From: Octopus bimaculoides
Taxonomy: Eukaryota
Direction: 5' to 3'
DNA length: 43,859 nt
Assembly (NCBI RefSeq): GCF_001194135.2
Contig: NC_069001.1
Span: forward strand, 28,284,915-28,328,773
Part shown: in pieces, positions 11,624 to 24,789 of the stretch
How positions within the stretch are numbered: position 1 is the stretch's first letter
Layout of the letters: every line of letters begins with the position of its first letter
The notes under the pieces: generated by a model
What the model saw: only the letters and a program-made list of their open reading frames with translations
What the model was told of the DNA's origin: nothing
Databases searched by the model: none
Program-made: the position numbers and the translations under genes

Positions 11624-11990
11624 AGGCGCAGGAATGGCTGTGTGGTAATAAGCTAGCTTCCCACCCACATGGTTCCGGGTTCAGTCACACTGCGTGCCAC
11701 CTTGAGTAAGTGTCTTCTACGAAGGACTCGGGACCGCCAAATCTTTGTGAGTGGATTTGCTAGTGGGAAACTGAAAGAAGCCCGTCGTGTATATATTTAT
11801 AAGTGTGTGTGTGTATTTGTGTATCTGTGTTTCTCCCCCACAATGCGTGACAGCCGATGTTGGTAAGTCTGTCCCCATAACCCAGCAGTTTGGCAAAAGA
11901 TGCCGATCAAATAAGTACTCGGCTTACGAAGAGGTAAAGGCGGTTCTCCAGCATAGCTGCTGTCAAATAACTAGAATAAATAAAAGAATA
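11624..11990 (+). mobile_element. Family A SINE, preceded by a second partial head (11597-11621)
   Basis: aggcgcaggaatggctgtgtggtaa..ggttccgggttcagtcacactgcgtgccaccttgagtaagtgtcttctac..gaaactgaaagaagcccgtcg..aaggcggttctccagcat. Confidence 0.9.
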
Positions 11991-14313
11991 ACAGAACATA
12001 TGTATGTAAGTATGTATACTTATGTGTATGTCTACCTGGTAGCACAAATACGAAGTCCCTATCCGCACACTCACGCATATCAAGAATACGTTTAAATACA
12101 CGTATTTAATAAACAAGCATTTAACTTGATTTTGTAAATAGACAATTTAATTAAAATGTACGAGTAATTCTACAGACGCAACGAGTGTAAACTTTAACAG
12201 CTTTCACTTGGGTTTTACTGTAGTACAAAAAAGTATTTACTCAAGTTGGTACTACAGAGAAAAGAAGTTAAGCTAGATATAATTATGGGGCGTTTTATCC
12301 AATTTGTAATAGCCTGCTACCAAAACAATTTCAATAGCAGTTAACAGATTCTTTATAGCTCTATAGAGAGAATACGAAGAGAACATCTGTGTAAACGTCA
12401 CAAGTCAGTCGCAAGTATAAGAAACACAAGATGATCTCTGATTAATTGAAAAGAGTTGTTTATCGCCTGTTGTTTATCACAAATTGGTGCAGAGAGGATC
12501 TTGTCGCATATGCGTTAAGCGTATGTGAGGAAACGTATTTACAATTTAACCATGGAGACGCAGAAACGTCCTAGTACGCATATACATACATATATATAAA
12601 TATAGCTTTACATTGTAGATTATACACATATTATATTATGTTATATTATATTATACACATGTAAAGCTTGAAACACGTGTACCGCGGAATCCTTTGTAGT
12701 TTTGTTGTTATTTTTTTGGATTTACAATTTATTCTTTCACCGCAACCACTAGCTGGAATACACAGGTGCTTACAATTGTCAAGTATTACCTCTAAATTTC
12801 AAGTTACCTATATATAAATATAGATAGGTATATATATAGTTATGTAAAGATATATGCCCCTAGTCTGTATATATAAATAAATATGTATACACACACACAC
12901 ACACACACACACACGCATATATATATATATATATATATATACATACATACATACACAGACACATATATAGATATATATATAGAGAGAGACGGAGAGATAG
13001 GCAGACGGAATAATATTTATGTGTGAGTTTTTTTGCGTCAGTGTATACATATATTTTTGACAATGTAAGATTGCACCTTTGATGCCGGTTTGTAGATATG
13101 CCATTCAAATTTTAAAACGACATTATTACTTAAATGTTCACCTCAAACTTTTGAATGAACTGGTGTTGAAAAACGAGTTAATACAAAAGCAATTGTGTGA
13201 AAGTCTTTGTTTGTTTTCCTATATTGATTATATTTTATACGTTAATGACAATTTGTTTGTCGATCTGATTGTTACCTTCTTGCTGCCTAAACCAGTGAAC
13301 CATTCTTGGCATACATGTTAAACTAACCTCCAGTTCAATTATAGGCTAAATGGATTTCCATACAAATGTATAATAGGGCCCTAATGGGGTTAGGCTATTA
13401 TCTAATAAAATAAGAAATGGGAAAAGAGTGTTAGTGTGAAGAAATGTGGAGGAAATAGTGAGTGTGGATGATATCAAGGAAGGAGAGAACAGCCGAGTGT
13501 AAACGACAAATATGAAGTGGCAGTGGGATGTTAACATTAATACATCTGTCATTCAATGAAACACACGCACCACTGCTTAGGTACTTTCGTAAACACATAG
13601 ATACATGCATGCACACACACTCAGCACAGTCACTCTACACAACATACATAAGCACATACATACAGCTAACATTTAAAACACCGAGGAAGGCAAAGAAAGG
13701 AAGGTGTGAGGAGGACGCAGCTTTAATGAGAGGGGGTAGGTAAATTTTCTGCTTTCTATCAGAATGACAAACTCACGTAGAGAGACATACACACATACAT
13801 ACATACATAGCCTCCTATACACCATGTTAAACTCGTGATTACCTGTATTACGTTAGTAAATGTGTGTGTGTGTTTCAGTCTGTGTGTGTCACGTCCCATA
13901 ACTGTCTGCCTCTCTACTCTTGTAGGGTCTTCCTCGTTGCGGTTACATTTCCTGGTATTTCAAAATTACCTCAAAATTTCCAAATTTGGTGTATTGAAGT
14001 AATTTTCTGATTTAAATCCGATTTTCCTTAATTTTTGGTCCAGAAAAATTGCAGAAAAATATTACTGAGTTTTAAATTTTAATCAATTGTACTTAATCAG
14101 AAAAAGGATTTGGAAGCTGGCATTTTTTACATGATAAATGTCTATCACGAAATGAAATCAAAACCATTAGGAGGAAGAATTTTTCCAAACTAACGAAAGC
14201 AAAGCATTACGACTACTAAAGTTGCAAGAATTTCTTAAGTTTTAATAAGTTTCAATAAATAAATTCATGTAAAACAGTCGAACTGACAAGTAAATAATTG
14301 TAAAAGGAAAAAA

Positions 14314-14413
14314 NNNNNNNNNNNNNNNNNNNNNNNNNNNNNNNNNNNNNNNNNNNNNNNNNNNNNNNNNNNNNNNNNNNNNNNNNNNNNNNNNNNNNNN
14401 NNNNNNNNNNNNN
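14314..14413. other. Assembly gap of exactly 100 N (probably an unknown-size join)
   Basis: The only gap not flanked by a dinucleotide microsatellite. Confidence 0.9.
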
Positions 14414-16104
14414 GCTATACCATCAAATTCGCTAATGGCGTCTCCATAAGGGAAATTTTATGGATCGGAACTGTTCGGAAGTCCATCTGATTCTCTATAT
14501 TAGAACTCGGGTGGGAGACTTAATTTTTCAACCGATTTAACACCATTACCTTGTTTTTGTTTCTTTTGCCATATTAATCACTGTTGGAAGCAAAGGGCCA
14601 CGCTGGTGGTCTGAAAATAACTCTCCCTTATTTTCTCCTATCATTCTCAAGACCTGCAAAAGGTCATTGGCGTTACCTTTCTTTCTCTGACTAAGCCATT
14701 AAAAAAAATAATGTTACACGGTAGAGATGATAAAGATAACAAAATGAATGTAATGTGAGTAACTATGTACAGAGAGGACGATTGTATATTATGATATACT
14801 ACGATATATTATACAATGGTCTACAGAAAGTCAAAATAATTTGTGGGTGTCGAAAATTTTTGAAAGTGAAAGTCAAAAATACACAGACACGCACAAAAAA
14901 CACGTACACACAAACACACATACACATGCTCTCACACACAGACACCCACAAGCACACATAGACACATACATCTACGCATAAGGACGTACATAAGTACATA
15001 TAGATACTTAATTCTTCGTATACGTGTATACGTACAATCACGAAACTCACTTCGCATACGCGCACATAAATTTATATGGATACAGATAAATGTGTGAGTA
15101 TGTGTATATATATATATATATACACAAATATATAATATATATCTACATATGTATGTATATACATACATGTATATACGTATGTATAATATATCTATATACG
15201 CACGCTCTGAAACGAAGTTGGATGTACATAACGGGTAGATAGGTAGCTAAAACAGCAAATACATATAGGTAGTAAAATCGATCGATCGATGGATGACTAG
15301 ACACAAAGATAAATATATATAGATAGCTAGAAAGATAGACAGAGAAAGGCAGGAAAAAAAGTGAAAGAGCCAAGGAGAGTGTGAATGAGAATTGCGAAAG
15401 GAGATTAAAAGAGTTAGGCGATTGTGTTCAGTCATAAGAACATAATAATAAAACAGCCTTTGATCGACCAAGCTAAAATAATCTATTGGATGTTAAATTC
15501 AATGATTTTTTTGTGTGTTGTGATCTTTTGAAAACCATTATTATTCTATCTGAATTCCGACACCATCAACAGAAATAATTCAGCCAGCTAAAACTCAATT
15601 CATTCTAATGGCGAATGTATGCGCTGTGTTTAGCAAGTATTTTGATAACGTTATTTGAGGTTTCAGGTATATGCCATTGAAGATATTCGCCATGTTTGCG
15701 TAATGCGTTTAACAATAGCGACAACGGTCAGTATACTGTTAAGTGTTATGTAATATAATGTTACATGAAAGCTGGAGATGAACAACGATGGTTGTCCGAA
15801 AAACAGAATTCTATGCTTACGACACACATAGTTCGCACGAACACGCATGTTCACGGTGATATAAGAACACACGCACATACATACACACACACATGTAGTT
15901 TGGTTTCCCTTGACAGGGACACCAAGATTCGCTTCAAGAGATTTGTTCACTTGTTCAAAGAGGACTGGTTGTTTCTGTTGAAAAAGGCGTAAATTGATAC
16001 AGTCACTACGATGCCTGACATAAATGTGAATCTACTTCAAGAATTACATCATTTCAGGAGCAAAATCAGCTTTATAGGTAGGTACTTCAATACAGCGAAA
16101 TCAA

Positions 16105-16107
<3 letters not shown>

Positions 16108-16173
<66 letters not shown>
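16108..16173. repeat. (TA)n microsatellite
   Basis: Perfect TA run. Confidence 0.98.
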
Positions 16174-16175
<2 letters not shown>

Positions 16176-17251
16176 CTTAGTCATGGCGGTACTAATAAAT
16201 AGACGTACAAAGATTCAGAATACAGTGCGTAATATGAAACTGCATCAGTGACAAAGGAACGGAATATTGTAGATTGAAATTCATTAGATTACAGCGGTTG
16301 CCCCTGTAAGATATAGTGCACTCAGAAATGAGTGCTTGTGTACTACCATGTATCCTTCTCGGAGCTTCGAAAACGAAGCTTCAAGGAAGCTGTAGGCTAA
16401 TGAAATTCTTTGCATAATTTTCCGTCCCTTTGTCATCTATTTAATTCACAAAATATCCTTCCTCCTACGAACATGGAATAAAAACTGGTTATGACAGCAT
16501 GAACTTGTAACATTATCGGAAGCATCCCTGTCATGATTACAACAAGCTAATCCGTTCGGCTATATAAATAATTTATATTACACATAGACACACACACACA
16601 CATGCACACATGCACGCACGCACGCACACAAGCACGCAGACTTTTTCTCCAACATAAAATTTCTATGCATTTTCCCTTTTATATTTCTCACTCCATTTCA
16701 CGACGTGGAAAACATTATGAAACTTTTTCACTATAGATATGTGTGTGCATGTGAGAGCGAGTGTGCGCGCGTTATGCCTGAGGAAGGCTTGAGAAATGCT
16801 TGAGAAAGGCGTGAGAAAGAACTTACCGTAAATATTTGCGGACGATTGAAGCGTTTTGAAATAGAGGTCTCTCTTCATTATTTGGTTTCACATACACTTT
16901 TTCAAAATCGATAATTCAGTTGGTAACAGCCGCTGCATTCTGTGTTCTCCACATAGTTGCATGTATATACACATTCTACCTGAAGCAATTTAACACCTAT
17001 TTATTTAGATGTTTCTAAATTCAAGCCACCAGTATTTTACACGAATTTCTAAAGATATTTTCCAGATGCCCAATGTCCAAGAAGTGCTGCATCGGTCATT
17101 TGTCAGAAGCCGTTCATGGGAGGTTTACTCGGCCATGATGGACCTGTTGTTAAAGAATAATAACATAAAAGAAAAAAAAAAAAAAACAACAGCAATTGAA
17201 TCTTATGGAAAAGAATCCGAGATACTTTTTTTAAAATATCATCACCCTTCA

Positions 17252-17602
17252 TAGGGGCAGACGAGACTCTGTGGTAATAAGCTTGGTTCCCAACCACATG
17301 GTTCCCGGTTCAGTCCTACTGTGTAGCACTGGTGAAAAGTGCTTTCTACTGTAGCCTCGGGCCAACTAAAGTCTTATGAATGAATTTAGAAGGAAACTGA
17401 AAGAAGCACACACACGCACAAAAATATATGTGTGCATTTGTGAGTATCTGTTTTTGTCTCTCCGCTATGGCTTGACAACCGATGCTGGTGTGTTTATGTC
17501 CCTCGTAACTTAGCAGGGCTCAATTGTTTCTGCTTAAAGCCCTTTAAGGCGGTGCAACAACGTGGTGCAGTCAAACATATGAGACAAGTAAAATAATAAG
17601 AG
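17252..17602 (+). mobile_element. Family A SINE
   Basis: ctgtggtaataagcttggttcccaaccacatggttcccggttcagtcc..gtagcctcgggcc..ggaaactgaaagaagc..gacaaccgatgctggtgtg..aaggcggtgc. Confidence 0.88.
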
Positions 17603-17707
17603 GACAAAAGAAACCCTTGTTCCCAGCGTAGTTTGATATCAGGTCTTCAAATTAGCATTCAAAAGTTTTCATTAAATCTTTCTCTCCGATTATATATTAT
17701 ATATTCA

Positions 17708-18110
17708 AGGTGGCGAGCTGGCAGAAACGTTAGCACGCCGGGCGAAATGCTTAGCGGTATGTTGTCTGTCTTTACGTTTTGAGTTCAAATTCCGTCGAGG
17801 TCGACTTTGCCTTTCATCCTTTCGGGGTCGATAAAATAAGTACCAGTTACGTACTGGGGTCGATATAATCGACTTAATCCCTTTGTCTGTCCTTGTTTGT
17901 CCCCTCTGTGTGTAGCCCCTTGTGGGCAGTAAAGCAATAGGTATTTCGTCTGCCGCTACGTTCTGAGTTCAAATTCCGCCGAGGTTAAGTTTGCCTTTTA
18001 TCCTTTGGGGGGGGGGGGCGATAAATTAAGTACCAGTTGCGTACTGGTGTCGACGTAATCGACTAGCCTCCTCCCCCAACATTCCGGTCCTTGTGCCTAA
18101 AGTAGAAAAT
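17708..18110 (+). mobile_element. Family B SINE, dimeric form (tRNA head and body, then a second head-less body)
   Basis: aggtggcgagctggcagaaacgttagc..gagttcaaattcc..gcctttcatcctttcggggtcgataaaataagtaccag. The body restarts at 17941 (gtatttcgtc..gagttcaaattccgccgagg). Flanked by a 16-bp direct repeat. Confidence 0.9.
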
Positions 18111-18126
18111 ATATATTATATATTCA

Positions 18127-18342
18127 CAGCGGTGAGGTGGCAGAAACATTAGAACCCAGGGCGAATTGCTTAGCGGTATTTCGTCTTTCTTTACGTTCTG
18201 CGTTCAAATTCCGCCGAGGTCGACTTTGCATTTCAACCTTTCGGGGTCAATAAATGAAGTGTCAGTTGAGTACTGAGATCGATGTAATCGACTGGGCCAC
18301 CTACCTCACAAAAATTTAAGGCCTTGTGCCTAGAGTAGAATA
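18127..18342 (+). mobile_element. Family B SINE, monomer
   Basis: Same head and body, ending ggccttgtgcctagagtagaa. Flanked by the same 16-bp repeat. Confidence 0.9.
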
Positions 18343-18592
18343 GATGATATATTATATATTCATTTCTTTCCTACTGAGGTAGGATACATTCCCTGTCTTT
18401 GAAGAAATGTTAGTGCATACATCTTAACTGATATAATGCACAACACGAAACGATAAAGTGAAAAAATATATATAGTTTTAGACGTTTGGATGTCAGACTG
18501 TCAGACATTTTAGCAGTTGCAGTCGTCAATGTAAAGACAACTCATCTTTATTATCGTAATCAGACATACACACACACACATTTATGTGAATG

Positions 18593-18633
<41 letters not shown>

Positions 18634-18640
18634 ATGTACT

Positions 18641-18674
<34 letters not shown>

Positions 18675-19646
18675 TTATATATATTATTCTTTTTCTACAT
18701 TTCTGTTTCCTTTTACGTTTTTATGCCTTTTTCTAAAGCCTTTAAAGCTTATTGCCTTTCGTTGTTTTTTTTTTTTCGTTACCTTTCGTTCCCAGTCGTT
18801 AAGTTTCGTTTTCCTTACACTAAGTCAGTGCATCATAAATAAAATATTTCTGTGAAGTGAAAAAATAAAGCAAGAAAACGTATTATTTTCTCCTCAATTA
18901 ACTAATCTTGACATCTGAAAGAATCTGCCTCAGCTCTTCGACTATTAGCGTTGTGGTAGGTAGTTTTTTCTTGCTGTAATACTTGTCGTTTTAGCTTTGG
19001 AATGAGGTACTGGAATGAATTTTCTACAAGTGCTTGACATATTTCTGGCATTTAAATAGTGATCCGTCAAATTTAGCAATTCTTGTTTTCTTCCCAAGAG
19101 GCAGAGGCGTGAAATTGTCACTTATCTGTCTAAAGTAGTTATTATTGACTCGTTCTATACTCTGGAATTACTATTAACACTTCGAATCCTTTCGCCAGTC
19201 ATTCTCAGCATCAGCCACATTACAGACATCACAACACTCATTAAAACTTCCTTAAGAAGGTGAAACATTCACGTAAATTGAGAAGAATATATAAAATAAT
19301 GGACTAGTACAGAAAAATAAATAAATAAAATAGTGTGACACCAGGAAACTTTAAAACAACGCCAGGCACAAAACATTCAAAACAAAATTGGAATAAATAT
19401 TTCTCTAAGCAAGCATTTACATCTTTGATATCATTACATAGAATATCTAACTGCAGTCCAGCCATATCATATTGGCAACTTGCTCCCGAATACATGTTCT
19501 GTCTCAGAATCTCATCCATCTCTCATCTCTCTCTCCCCTTCCCTCCCTCTCAATCTGTCTTGCTCTTTCTATTTCTCCCTTTCTCTCTCTCTCTCTGTAT
19601 CTTTCTACCTTTCAGTTTTCACACGCACGCACGCACACACACACAG

Positions 19647-19703
<57 letters not shown>

Positions 19704-19789
19704 TGCGTATATGGTCATACTTTCTTCTATACCTAAGAAGTAAGTTTTCATATATATACATGCGTATATGTACATACTTACTTCTATAC

Positions 19790-19829
<40 letters not shown>

Positions 19830-20955
19830 TGTTTCTTAAATGGCTTATGAACACCTTCCACGCTGCAATTGTTTTCGTTCCAGCACACGATCTCAGATCA
19901 GGTAACTTGCTAAGCCAGTACATCTCCGTTATATATACATATATCATAGTGAGACTCTTTTGTCACAAGAAATGATTACTTTACAATGTCCCTTGAAAAG
20001 CGAATTTAAACCGGTTAGATATCACAGCACCCATAAAATATATGTATATATAACAAAAATGTTATATGAAAAGATATTAAACTATGTGAAACGAAGGCAT
20101 TTCTTTTCAACTCTTTACATATTTTCCACTTATTTTCAACTCATAATTTTTCCTCGTGGTGCATACTGATTCTCCAGTATTTTTCGCCACTTATATGCAT
20201 TTATATATGTGTATGTGCATGCATATATATACATACAATCACTCACAAATATGTACACACCCATATACACACATGTATGTATGTATGTACGTATATGTAT
20301 ATGCATATATACATTTTGATTGTTATTTCTATATATTGAAACTTCCTAGAATTTAACATTTTACTACTTTTAGATATAACAATAAAATAAACACAATTTT
20401 GTAATTATGACACATGGAGATAGATAGATAGCGAGAAAGTGAGAGAGATAGACGGACAGACTAAGATAGACATTACACGGTGTAGTGATGTAGTTGATGT
20501 TTGAAGCTCCGTTCTCAGATGACGACATCATGGTGTGAAAAATACAATCAAAGAAATACTTCCTGATCAAAACAACCTGTGACAAATTTTGAACATCTTA
20601 TGTTATTCTGTAGACATAAGCACGCATACCTACACATATTAACGCAGACGCACTGCCTCATATGCGCATGTGTGGAAGGCTGTGTATTTGGTGTTTAAAC
20701 GAAATAAGTATAACATTTTTGATCCCTTTGATATGCGTAATACTTAAGTTTCTATATATGCGTAGATTCCTCTCTCATTTTTCGTCTTGTCTCATGTCAT
20801 ATACGGACAGATACATATGTCGATAGGTACGTGCTCACATACCTACACGCATACATACATAGATAAGACATATTGAGAGAACGAATGAGTACGAGATATC
20901 TCAGTATATCAAAATATACACGCCCTAACGTAAATAAGGAGACACATTCGTTTCG

Positions 20956-20992
<37 letters not shown>

Positions 20993-21409
20993 TATGTGTT
21001 TAAGTATGCGTGCATGTAGGTATCTGTCCCTCTATCTCTATGTGTGTGTGCCTGTGCGTGCGTGTGTGTGTGTATATGTGTGCGTGTTTAGGTGTGTGTG
21101 TATATATATGTATATATATATATACTCATGTACAAACGTGTATATGAATAATTACGTCTCTTTTCTTATGCATGGATGTATTCTTGTATGTACGTGTTAC
21201 TGTTTCTGCGCATTTGCGCTAGCATTGGGTCTGTCTATGCGTATGGACGTTGAAACATGTGTGAGGATGATTGATGACCAGGAATAGTTATTTACTCATC
21301 TGCATTTGAATCACATTTGCGTATGTTTGATTTGGTCTTTGTATCTCTCCAACTTTTCTTCTCCCTCTGTCTACCTATCACCATATATATATATATATAT
21401 ATATATATA

Positions 21410-21651
21410 NNNNNNNNNNNNNNNNNNNNNNNNNNNNNNNNNNNNNNNNNNNNNNNNNNNNNNNNNNNNNNNNNNNNNNNNNNNNNNNNNNNNNNNNNNN
21501 NNNNNNNNNNNNNNNNNNNNNNNNNNNNNNNNNNNNNNNNNNNNNNNNNNNNNNNNNNNNNNNNNNNNNNNNNNNNNNNNNNNNNNNNNNNNNNNNNNNN
21601 NNNNNNNNNNNNNNNNNNNNNNNNNNNNNNNNNNNNNNNNNNNNNNNNNNN
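21410..21651. other. Assembly gap (242 N)
   Basis: N-run with (TA)n on the left and a 40-bp tandem repeat on the right. Confidence 0.98.
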
Positions 21652-21747
21652 TTCTATGTATGTATATATATATATATATACACACATCAGTTTCTATGTA
21701 TGTATATATATATATATATACACACATCAGTTTCTATGTATGTATAT
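21652..21747 (+). repeat. 40-bp minisatellite (cagtttctatgtatg(ta)n cacacat), at least 2.4 copies
   Basis: cacacatcagtttctatgtatg at 21681 and 21721. A partial unit runs into the gap. Confidence 0.9.
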
Positions 21748-23077
21748 TTGTATGTATGCATCTGTGAATGTATGCTGGTACGTAGGCACATACGTGTGTA
21801 TTTAAATATAAAATATATTGGCTTTGTTGTATCTGTGTATTTTTATTGTGATGAAATCTTATAAGCTTATTTTTTGTGTCTTTTAGGATAAGAAAAATAA
21901 ATATACCAGACCGAAAACAATATACAAAGATGTCAGAATAGTTTTTGCATTTTAGTTATTTTTTCCCCCTTTATATCTCTTGCTTTTTTTTTTTTTTCTG
22001 GTGGTAACTTGTCAGAATATGCGTGGCATGAAAGTGAACTACCGACGCTGGTAGGAAACAATGGCTTCGAGAATATTTATTTGCGCGTGTCACATATGGA
22101 TGCCAAAAGTTATCAATGATATTTTGATCTTCTATTGAATAAGTAAACGTTATTAACCGAATCAAGTGCTGTCGACAGTCAGTAGCTAAGTCAACATGTA
22201 GATGCTGGATAACGAGTCATGTCGAGGTGAGAGAATATATATATATATATATTATGGGTAGTAGAAGAATGCGACCTTGTAAGGTGAATGAAAAGTGACA
22301 GCCTGACACTTCGTAGATAAAACTAAATGTGGCTATTAACGATTATAATACAACACTTCATGCTAAAACCTATCTACTTGACAGCTCTGACTTTTTACAA
22401 ACATAAGAGAATTGTCGACGCATTGGTAAAGTTGTTAGAGCGTAAAATAATCTTACCCTCTTTGTTCTGGTTTTCTGTGTTCAGAGCTGAAATCGTGACG
22501 AAGTCATTTTTCCTGTGCATTCTTCCAGTTTCGATGAAATAATGTTCTTGTTCAGGTTCATGGGTTGTCAGCATTTCTAGGGCTTCGGAAGAGAACCATT
22601 CAGGTATTTATTCCAGCTCTTGTGTATGTTGAGTTATTGTCTGGTAGACAGACTAACCCCATGGCCAGGATTAATTTCAGCATCTTGTCCGTGGGAGATA
22701 TCATGAAGTTCAGCGTCTTCTTATGCTTCTGGCCAGGTCTCCATTTCGAAAATAGCTTCCGATTTTCCCTTCCAGTCAATCGCGGTGGTCATGCAGTGAA
22801 ACAAATATTATGGGCAAAATACTGTTCTACCGGATAAGAGGATAAAAGAAAAGGTGATACAACGATTGATTGTACGGTTGGAACCTCAGTATTTACCTAT
22901 CAGCGTTCCGTTGATGTTTTACCTGTGCTAAAAACTAATATCACAGGATGCAATGAACTATAGAGTAGAAAGCACCACACAAAATTGAAACAAATTCTTT
23001 GTAAAAAACGGCCAGGCATTTGGTTATATCGATTTTTCTTAGAGGCGTTAAGCTATACATTTATTAAACAATTCTTC

Positions 23078-23270
23078 CTAATATTTTGAACAAAGGCAGC
23101 AGTTTTGAGAAGAGCAAGAAGATTAAAGTGACCTCCGTACTTAATTTGCACTTGTTTTATCGACCCGTAAATGATGGTAAGCAAATGTTAACTCAGTGGC
23201 ATTTGAACTCAAAATGTAATGAACTACACGAAACAATTTTTTTTACGACGACAGCGGGCTAGCTCGATGT
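23078..23270 (-). mobile_element. Diverged family B SINE
   Basis: cacttgttttatcgacccgtaaatgatg..gttaactcagtggcatttgaactc is the antisense family B centre. Confidence 0.65.
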
Positions 23271-23502
23271 CGTATAATTATAGTGTATTGAACGAGAGAA
23301 TAGGTGACAAAATCATCTGAAATGTTTTCTTGCCAAATGTATTTTTCGTTTTTTAGCCAATGTGAGGTGCTTAAATCATAATTTACATTTTAATTAATTT
23401 GACTAAATCAAAATACTGACAATTTTGAAATTTGTGTAAGTGTAACGAGTGACCAATAGCTGTCCCAAATAAAATAATGTATTAATTGTATCTATACTAT
23501 AG

Positions 23503-23851
23503 TCGCGGTCATAGGATCGCGGTTTCGATTCCCAGACCTGGGCGTTGTGAGAGTTTATTGAGCGAAAACACCTAAAGCTCCACATGGCACCAGCAAGGGA
23601 TGGTGGCTAACCCTTCTGTACTCTTTCATCACAACCTTCTTTCACTCTTACTTCCTGTTTCTGTTGTACCTGTAATTCAAAGGGTCAGCCTTGTCACACT
23701 GTGTCACGCTGAATCTCCCCGAGAACTAAGTTAAGGGTACACGTGTCTGTGGACTGCTCAGCCAATTGAAAGTTAATTTCACGAGCAGGCTTGATCGGAT
23801 CTACTGGTACCCTCGTCTTCGTAAGCGACGGAGTGCCAACAACAACAACAA
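23503..23851 (+). mobile_element. Family C SINE (5' end of head missing), (AAC)n tail
   Basis: cgcggtcataggatcgcggtttcgattcccagacc..gtcagccttgtcacactgtgtcacgctgaat..ttcacgagcagg..gtaagcgacggagtgccaacaacaac. Confidence 0.92.
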
Positions 23852-24578
23852 TAGGTTATACATCTACGTTATTCTTGCCATTATTTTACTCATTGTGAAA
23901 GACTTTCAATTCAGACTCTTTCTTTTCACCATTCAGCTGTTAATTTCACAATTTAAAATGATGTATTTAGTTATTGAACCGGATTAAGAAACAAGTTATA
24001 CATTAATTAACAACATATAAGAATACCATACAAAGTGAGGTGTTGGAAAGAGAAGCGGGAAGATTGCAACGCTAGACGCAGTGTGCTCTGTGCTCAACTT
24101 CTACGAAGGAATATATTTAACACTTTCATCCTCCTGGTGTCAATCGACTTCGAACGTGTGCTATACTGCATTATACCAACTCACTTATGTCTTTACGCTG
24201 TAACACTTGTTCTTGTTCAGAACGAAATAGAATCACTGATACATGCACTGCAAACAAATTTTATATAAAACAATTAGCAAAACTATTGATTGGTTTATAT
24301 TCGTTTCGTCGTTAACAATCCAACTTTTGTTCACAGGTTTATGTGTAATTAATTAACTGCATTGTAACTGAGCCAATAGCACCAGCATGTATTTATTCTG
24401 GAATTATCTTCGTCCTTAATCGCACTTGTTGTGAACACGATCAATATTATGGTACCCTATATTCCTTCTGTCTATTATCCAACGACAAACGATGTTTGTA
24501 TGATTGGCAACCATTTGAATTCTTCATGTATTTGAGTGACTTGCAATATGTTCGTTTAATTTCAATGTTAGGGTGGTG

Positions 24579-24789
24579 AAAGGCGGCTAGCTGTCAAAAT
24601 TGTTAGTTCGCTGAGCAAATTGTTTAGCGTTATCTGGCCCATCTGCACGTTCTAAGTTCAAATTACGATGAGGTCGGCTTTGCTTTCGCCCTCTCGGAGT
24701 CGATAAAACAAGTAACAGTTGAACACTGGAATTGATTTAATCAAAATAAGCCCTCTACCAAAAATGCTGACATTATGGCAAAATTTGAA
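24579..24789 (+). mobile_element. Diverged family B SINE
   Basis: aaaggcggctagctg..gttctaagttcaaatt..gaggtcggctttgc..gtcgataaaacaagtaacagttg..ggcaaaatttgaa. Confidence 0.75.

Noticed and set aside
16362-16381. Small hairpin agcttcg-aaaa-cgaagct
   Set aside because: An isolated 7-bp stem is expected by chance, and bacterial-type terminators are irrelevant here.
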